A stretch of DNA of 58,845 nt from Lama guanicoe (Eukaryota), in assembly GCA_013239625.1 (NCBI GenBank), contig MU053934.1:11877559-11936403 (forward strand), in the 5' to 3' direction. Each line of letters begins with the position of its first letter. Position 1 is the first letter of the stretch. The position numbers and the translations under genes are program-made. The notes beneath the pieces were generated by a model that was not told where the DNA came from, ran no database searches, and saw only the letters and a program-made list of their open reading frames with translations. This document shows, one piece after another, positions 51,826 through 58,845 of the stretch.

Positions 51826-52130
51826 ATGCACACACTGACACGGTCACACACATGTAGCCATGCACATACAGACACACACATGCTACTGCATAAACACATA
51901 TGCACGCATACTTAAAGCTACACACATGCAGAGACACAGACATATGTTCTGACATGTAATGCACATGTATGCACACAGCATAGCACACATGCATGTATAC
52001 ACCCACAGAGACACACCAATGCACATATACATGACACACAAGCACATGAACACACACGTATACACACGCACCCAGTCATACTTACTCAGGTACATGTCAC
52101 ATGACACACATGCGTGCACATGTCCACACA
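51826..52130. repeat. Imperfect (CA)/(CATG)-rich low-complexity tract
   Basis: Directly visible. Confidence 0.85.
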
Positions 52131-53024
52131 GGCAGGTCGGCAGCCCCAGGTCCTTGGATGCACCTTAAGTGGGGGCCCCACACTGGCTGGTACTCCTGTC
52201 CCCATGTGGCTGCTCACTCCCTGCCATCACATCGTCCATCCCTTGATCGCAGCCCACGTTCATGTCTTCTGCAAGAGTACAGGCATGGGAGCGGGAAGAA
52301 GTAGCCACACCCCTTGCAGAGCTGAGAAGGCCGCCCCCTCCTTACAGCTGTGTTTACGTCCTGACTTCACTCTGGAGGCTGAGGACACCCCGTCCGCACA
52401 ACTTGACCATCAGCGCTGAGCAGCCTGCCCCCGGGGACGCATGGCCTGGCGCCCGAGAGATTGGCAATTTGATTATGAGACAGAATAATGCTGCAGTGGT
52501 CGCGTATGTAATTTACTTAAATGGAACAGAATGTGACACGCAGTCCTGGAACCCGGGACGCTACCTGTAGGAGCTTATTTGACACAAATTGAGATTTCAA
52601 GGTTTACAGATATTGCAAACGAAAACTCCCCAGAGGCTGTCAATGAGGGTTCACTGGTTTTCCTTTTATTTGGTTTGAATTAATCACGAGAAGGGGGAAA
52701 AATAGGCTCTATTTTTTGAGGGCTTTTTAAATAATGTCATTCTAAAGAGCATACATTTCTTCCAGAGACATAATTAAATTTCCAAATTGCCGTTTCTGGC
52801 TCTCGCCTCAGCCACGGGGGTGTGAAGGGAGTCTCGCTGGTATTCAGGCACCAGGAAAGTCTCGCCCACTTCCAAACGCTTCTGTCTACACCAGCAGGGA
52901 CCAGCCACCGAGCAGAGCAGCAGTGGTGGGAGCCGCCGCCCTGCCTGCCCCTCCTCTCCCGTCCCCTCCCTTCCTGGTGAACTGCAGGGCATGTGACTCT
53001 GCAGACCTGATCTCCGGGCTGGGG

Positions 53025-53440
53025 TGTGTCAGTCAGTGCCACTGCGTAACAAATACCCCAACCTCGGCATCTTAAAACGACAGACAAGTTTACAGTCAGC
53101 GGGCTGTTCTGGTATTGGTGGGGTTTGCTTGTGCACAGGGTCAGCTGTGAGTTGGGACACATGGCTCTGCTGGCCACAGCTGGCTCTGTCCTGTGTTGGG
53201 GGTCCAGCTGGCCGAGGCTGGTCTGGGGAGGCCTCCACCAGGACAGCTGGACTCCAGCCAGCTAGCCTGGCCCACCTCCGGCGTGGCTGGAGGGGCAGGG
53301 CTCTGGAGGCCGGCCTCCGGACTGGTCACAGCACTGAAGCAGGTCACACGCAAGCCTGGCCCAGACGAAAGAGTGGGGAATCGACTCCATAGCTTTGCGG
53401 GAGGCACCGCAAAGTGACGGTGCAGAGCGGGACCCAGGAG
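53025..53440 (-). mobile_element. MaLR (MLT1-type) LTR
   Basis: tgtgtcagtcag...ctgcgtaacaaataccccaac...cttaaaac is the reverse of an MLT1 3' end. Confidence 0.7.
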
Positions 53441-54287
53441 GCCCTGCGAGGGGTCATCACCCCCGACAGTGCCCTGCTCTGCAAAATCTACTCTGTCTTT
53501 ATAAAAGTCCCATTTGCTTGAAGCAAGGGCCTCACGATTAACAAACTGACCGCCCGACACCTCTTCCCAAGCAGCATGCAGAGAAGCTCCCACTGCACTT
53601 CGGTCTGTCCACAGCAATGCCCTTTACAGCCCGACACAGAGCCTCGGTGGTTTCAGCGTCGTCGAGAGCGAGTCCTTCTTTCTGACGGGTGGCCAGCGAC
53701 CTGCTCTACAGGTTAGTTTCTGAGCTCGCGCACGATCAAGGCCTCAGACTTTGCTCACATTCCTCTCGATGGTCCTGTGTTGCATCTTAAGTCATTGCTG
53801 CAGCCATGTTTCTCCTAAGAGCCACCGGGAGGATGTACGCTCAGTCAACACACAGCGTTCGCTTCAGCTTCGTGGCCGAGGGCTTTGACGGCAATAAACA
53901 TGTTTAACTTGGGTGTCTAACATTGTGGGCTTGAAAAGAAAAGCCAGAAGAAAACATTTATTGAGAAACAGCACGTGGAGAGGCAAGTACCCAGCACCTC
54001 TCCGTCAGTGTGTCCCCGGAAGGAGGCGAAAAGAGCTGCAGTTTTTCCTGTTTGAAGAAAGAGCGACTTAAGAAGCCCGCTGGATGAGCGACGGGGAGCA
54101 CCTTTGCTCAAGGTGTCCGCCGGCCGCCTCACGCATAACTGAGCGCGGACTTTCCAGGTCTAGAGGGAAGGCCCCGCTCTGGCTCTCTCTGGGGATGAAC
54201 ATTTTGGGAACCGGCCCAGATCTGACCACGGGCAGCTCTGCGGGCAGCCCTCCCTGGTGGCCTGGGTGGGACGGGTTAGAGGGGCGA

Positions 54288-54361
54288 GGTGTGGTTAGGT
54301 GTGGTTGGGTGTGGTTGGGTGTGGCTGGGTGGGTTAGGTGGGTCAGGTTGGTCAGGTGAGG
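54288..54361. repeat. 10-bp G/T-rich tandem repeat (GGTGTGGTTR)n, degenerating to GGTGGGTYA
   Basis: Directly visible. Confidence 0.85.
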
Positions 54362-54399
54362 TAGAACGTGCAGAAGTGACACGGGGACCCGCAGCCGGG

Positions 54400-54615
54400 C
54401 CTCAGGGGACCTGCAGCTTCTGCGCTCCCCTCTCAGAAGCCCCAACCCTCCAGCCAGACTGTGCTCCAACCGTTCATTGACAGCCAGCTCCCCCAGAAGT
54501 GGGGCCACCAGCAACCAGCCCTAAGCCCTGACCCCTGAACCCCGACCTCAGGAGCCCTGGTTGCTTTCAGCTAAGTTCTGGGCCCATTTGTTATGCAGCA
54601 AAAGCAAAGTGATAG
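54400..54615 (+). mobile_element. MaLR (MLT1-type) LTR 3' part
   Basis: gttgctttcagctaagttctgggcccatttgttatgcagcaaaagcaaagtgata. Confidence 0.6.
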
Positions 54616-55410
54616 ACCAGTAAATTTGAAAATTTAGACGACACAGATAAATACAGAGAAAACATGCCAAAACCGATAGAAGAAAAGCACGGCAACCCAG
54701 TGATCTTTGGTCCGCGAAAGAAACCAAATCTGTAATTTAAAACGCTCTCACAGAGCAATTATTGCAAACACGTAAGAAGGAAATGGCCCCGATTGTTGTG
54801 TGACACCAGCGTGACCTCAACGAGCCCGTCAGGAGAGCAGTAATCACAGGCCACACTCTCACGAACGGAGACGCAAAACTCCAAGACAAAGCGCCAGCAC
54901 GTTGGCTGCGGCCGCGGTCACCCTGGGAAGGAGGAGGCGACACCGAGTCCGGCCCGCCGCCTCAACTCCGCCCCGCACGGAGCGGCGCCCTTGCGCCCCA
55001 ATCCCCTGTGGGGCCGCACGTTGAGCTGTTCGTTTCAGTGACTGGTTTTGTTTCTAAAGCTTCTACCTCGTTCCTCGTCGAGCTGGTGCTCTGCTCGCGG
55101 TTTACGGGTGAGCTTCTTCCTCCGCCCGCGTCTCTGCAGCGTCATTTCAAGCAGACGAGGGCGGCCTTTCCCTCCACGTGGCTGCGCCCGGCGTCCCCGC
55201 TGGGGGCTGGCCCAGCTGCCGCGCCTGCAGACTCTCGGGACCGGGCTTCTCGTTGTGCGTCCTCAGCCCGGGAGGAGCTGCTTTTCCCGAGATGAGGAGC
55301 CGCCCGACACTGCCCTCAGCTGCCTCCCTCTCATTGCCCGGGTTCCAGACAGGGGCTTTGGGGTCCGAACCTACCCCCAAAGGGGACTGTCCACAGCCAC
55401 AGGTGGGTGG

Positions 55411-55700
55411 TGCAGTGGGTTGAATCATTTCCAGAAACATCTCGCGTCCACCTGGAACCACAGAATGTGGCTTGCTTGGAAGCAGGGTCTTTGTAGACAT
55501 AGTCAGATGAGGTCATTTGGGGTAGGGTGGGCCCTAATTTGACGCCTGGGGTCCTCACGAGCAGAGGAGGGGGCACACGGAGGAGACAGATGCGCAGAGA
55601 AGACGGCACGTGGAGACGGAGGCAGAGGCGGGAGCCCAGGAGCTGGGAGAGGCGGGGAGGAGCCCCCACAACACGGCCAGGCGCTGGAAATGGGTGGAGG
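55411..55700 (+). mobile_element. MaLR (MLT1A/B-like) LTR
   Basis: tgcagtgggttgaat...cagaatgtggcttgcttggaagcagggtctttgtagac...gatgaggtcat...agggtgggccctaat. Confidence 0.85.
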
Positions 55701-56124
55701 GGAGCTGGTACTGAGGGTGGTACACAGACGGCAGGCTTAGCCCTGTACACCTGAAACTTACAGAATAAAAATAATGACAGAAGTGGGCTCAGTCCACTGG
55801 CCGTGGTGACGATGAAATGAGGAGAGCCGTGGGAAGCGGTCACTCCGTCGTCTGGGACGCAGGACTCCGGCCGGTCTTCGTGGGCCCGGCTCGCGGGAGC
55901 GTCCTTGCTCCTGACCTGACCCCGGTGGGTCTGTCCGTCCTGCGAGGCTCGCTGCGGGTGCTGGCGTGCACCCACCATCGGAGTCAAGAAACCTCCTTCT
56001 GCGCTGATGGTAAAATTGCTTTTCATCAGGGAGGAAAGTTAAACTTTTATGGAATGACTTACTACCTTTGTTTCTATAATTTCACGTCATATGTCATTTC
56101 ATGTTCTGCAGAAAGTTCTAATTC

Positions 56125-56685
56125 AAAAAGATGTGTGCACCTCAGTGCTCATAGCAGCACTGTGCACAGTAGCCGAGATGTGGAAGCAGCCCGAATGTCC
56201 ACCAGCAGAGGACTGGATGAAGAAGGTGTGGTGTATTTACAGCGCGGAACACTACTCAGTGATAAAAAAGAACGAAATCACGCCATTTGCAGCAGCATGG
56301 CTGGACTAGAGATTATCACTCTGAGTGAAGTGAGACAGAGAAAGACAAATACATGGTGTCCCCCACATGGAAATCTAAAAAAAGGTGCAAGTCTCATTTG
56401 CAAACCAGGAGTGACTCACTAGCATGGAAGACTTGGTGCCGGGGCCGGGGGCGGGCGGGGCAGGGGTCGGTTGGGACCTGGGTCAGCAGACACGCACTGC
56501 TGCGTGTGAAGCGGCCAGCCAGCCGGCCCCTGCAGCAGCACCCAGGGAACGGTGTTCAGTTTCTTGTAATGAGCTGCAGTGGAGAAGAACCTGAAAGCGC
56601 ATGTGTGTGCATACCTGTGTAGCCAGAGTTCTGCTGTGCACCTGGAACCAACCTTGTAAATGGACCACATTTCAACGAAAAATGA
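56125..56685 (+). mobile_element. LINE-1 3' end
   Basis: KDVCTSVLIAALCTVAEMWKQPECP...HYSVIKKNEITPFAAAW followed by the 3'UTR. Confidence 0.92.
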
Positions 56686-58066
56686 GACTTTTTTAGAAAG
56701 ACAAAAATTCTGCCCCAAAAACACCACTTGATGTTACCAGCTGACGTGCCAGTTTCAGCTGCTGCCGTGCCCAGGGGGTCTGACTCACTGGTCTTTTATT
56801 TAGGGTTTTACTTCCGCGTTTTCAGTGAGGTTGAACCGGGTTTTTCTTCTTTTCTGTGCGATTTGCCTTCCGACCTGGGTGTCCAGGTCGCACTGGTCTC
56901 TCAAAGTGAGTTAGGTCCTGTACTGACTCTGAGTGCTTGCACTGCGACCCTCTTCCCAGGACTTCGAGCAGCCCCTGGCGAGCGCCGCGTCCCGCGTCCC
57001 GGGCGAGCTGCCGGTGCCGGGGGCCGGTCTTGCTCCCGTCTCTGCTCCTGCGAGGGGCGCTTGCTCCCCTGCGGGGCGTGTGTGTCTGTGGCGGGGCCCG
57101 TGCGCAGAGACACTAGTGCTCGTTCTCACCCATCCTCTCCAGGTCGCGTTCTTCGTAAAGAGCGCTTTCAAAACAAAAGAAAGTCTTTGTCCTGTTTAAT
57201 GCCCTTTGTCTTGAATTTCATTTTGTCTGATGTTAATATGAGTTGCTTGCTTTATTTTCTGACAGTCGCCGGAATAGATTTTATTTGTCATGTTTCACCT
57301 TCCTTCAGGTTGTCTCTTATAATCACAAAAACCTGGAAGCGTTTCTTTACTCCGTTTGAGAGTCTCTGTCTTTAGACAGAAAAGTTCCAGCCTGCGCGGC
57401 GCGCGAGGTCCCGAGCCCAGTGGCCCCGAGCCCAGTGGCCCCATGTCCTGTTTCCGCGTTTGCCCGCCCTTGCTTTCCCCGCCCATTGCTGGAGGGGCCG
57501 TTTCTGTTCCGTTTCTCCCTTTGGAAAGTTGTCTACACAGTTTGTAGTGGTCACCCTAATTTTCAAAAATAGGTTAGGTAGGTCTTTAAAATAGTGTCTG
57601 CTCAGCATAAAACGGTAAGGCAACACAAAGCGCAAGGAAAGAACTAAAGTTTAAACCTTGCGGTGCAGCCCCTGGGGAACACAATCCAGCCCCCCCAAAC
57701 GTCTCGTGGAAGAAGAGGGGACGGACAGACAGACAGACGTGGATTCACGCCACAGATGTTGATTTCATGTGAAATACACAGGCTTTGTAAAGGGAAAGCA
57801 GAGGAATCACTGAAATACGCTGCTCCTTCCCCAAAGTCCCAGAAAAGGCCCCCCAAACCAGGGCGGGGGGTGGGAGCAGGAAAGCGCGTGGGAAGCGTGG
57901 GGTGCTCCTGCGTCGCACGGCTTTAGCTCGAGGCTCATGCATCTACTCATCTGAGGAAGTCCTGCGCCTCCGTGCAGGCTGGATGGGAAGACCGTCGTTG
58001 GCTCGTTCGGGCCACCTGCTCCGTCTCAGCCCCTCCGCTGCTCAGCGACCGGGGCCCCCTGCCCGC

Positions 58067-58490
58067 TGTGAACGAAAAACACTGCGGCTGTATCAGCGCA
58101 CAAAGGTTGCTGCCCACCGAGTCTCCAGCCGCTCCCGCGCCCCCGGCAGCGAGTGGAGGAGCTCGGGACGCAGACAAGCAGGCAGCGCGGCCTCTGCCGC
58201 CCCCCAGCGGTGCCCCTGCGGGCACGCAGGGCGGGAAAGCACGGGACAGACGCGGCCCTGGAGCGCTCAGTGCAGGTCAGAGGGGTGATCCAGTGAGCCC
58301 AGACCCCTGCACCTTCCCGCACGCAGAAAAGCACTAAATTCCTTAACTTGAGGTGTCTGGGGTTTTTTTACTTAAGTCACCTTTTGATGTTTCGACTTTG
58401 CTGTAAAACTCCTCTCCATCCTGGCTCGACCCCGAGGGTGCGGAGCGGCCCCTCGGCGATCTGAGTGGCCGCCCCCCCCCGCCCGGGCGC
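58067..58490 (+). mobile_element. ERV solo LTR, same family as 38293-38712 but in opposite orientation
   Basis: Starts tgtgaacgaaaaacactgc; shares ggccctggagcgctcagtgcag and gaaaagcactaaattccttaacttgag with the reverse complement of ~38500-38650. Confidence 0.85.
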
Positions 58491-58684
58491 TGGGACAGCC
58501 CGCCGACCGGGCCGCAGCGCTCCCCTCCCCGGGCTGCGTGGGCGCTCTGTCGGCGCCGCCCTCCTGCCCCGGCCCGGCTCCTGCAACCCAGGTGACGCGG
58601 CCTTGCTGTCGGCTGTCCTGATGTCGATCTTTCCGGATCTTCTCACTGTTTGAATTCAAGCAACGTTTTCTTTCCATTACATTC

Positions 58685-58845
58685 TCCTTATTGTGGTAAA
58701 AGAGACAGAACATAAAATGTTCCATTTTCGCCATTTCTCAGCGCACAGCTCGGTGGCTTTAACACATACACACTGCGGTGAGACCATCCGCACCATCCGT
58801 CTCCAGAACTTTCTCATCTTCCCAGACTGACCCTGTCCCCACTGG
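58685..58845 (-). mobile_element. LINE-1 3' terminus (L1MB-like), running off the window
   Basis: ttattgtggtaaaa...acataaaatgttccatttt...ccatccgtctccagaactttctcatcttccca. Confidence 0.8.

Noticed and set aside
54518..54548. Telomere-like ccctaa/ccctga run
   Set aside because: Only 3-4 degenerate units, inside an MLT1 LTR fragment.

Overview
Mammalian genomic DNA, very GC- and CpG-rich, with a subtelomere-like character. The two tRNA-derived SINEs and the youngest L1 look camelid (alpaca/camel), judged by recall only. There is one convincing protein-coding sequence: an intronless DHHC palmitoyltransferase (visible part 28984-29532, + strand, 5' end hidden in a 122-N gap). It resembles the ZDHHC3/7-derived retrogene Zdhhc25, and 177 of its 182 visible codons end in G/C. 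The rest is gene-desert DNA made of fragmented L1s, MIR/L2, MaLR LTRs, two inverted copies of one ERV LTR family, a MER41-like LTR, SINEs, micro- and minisatellites, and AT-rich islands that may be conserved enhancers. The most unusual non-coding signals are a 30-bp minisatellite that multimerises AP-1/ARE and CACCTG sites, several other short motif arrays, and a directional AT-to-GC drift in old repeats. I see no solid evidence of a new multi-gene system. Repeat boundaries are approximate (judged by eye), and family names come from recall rather than a database search.
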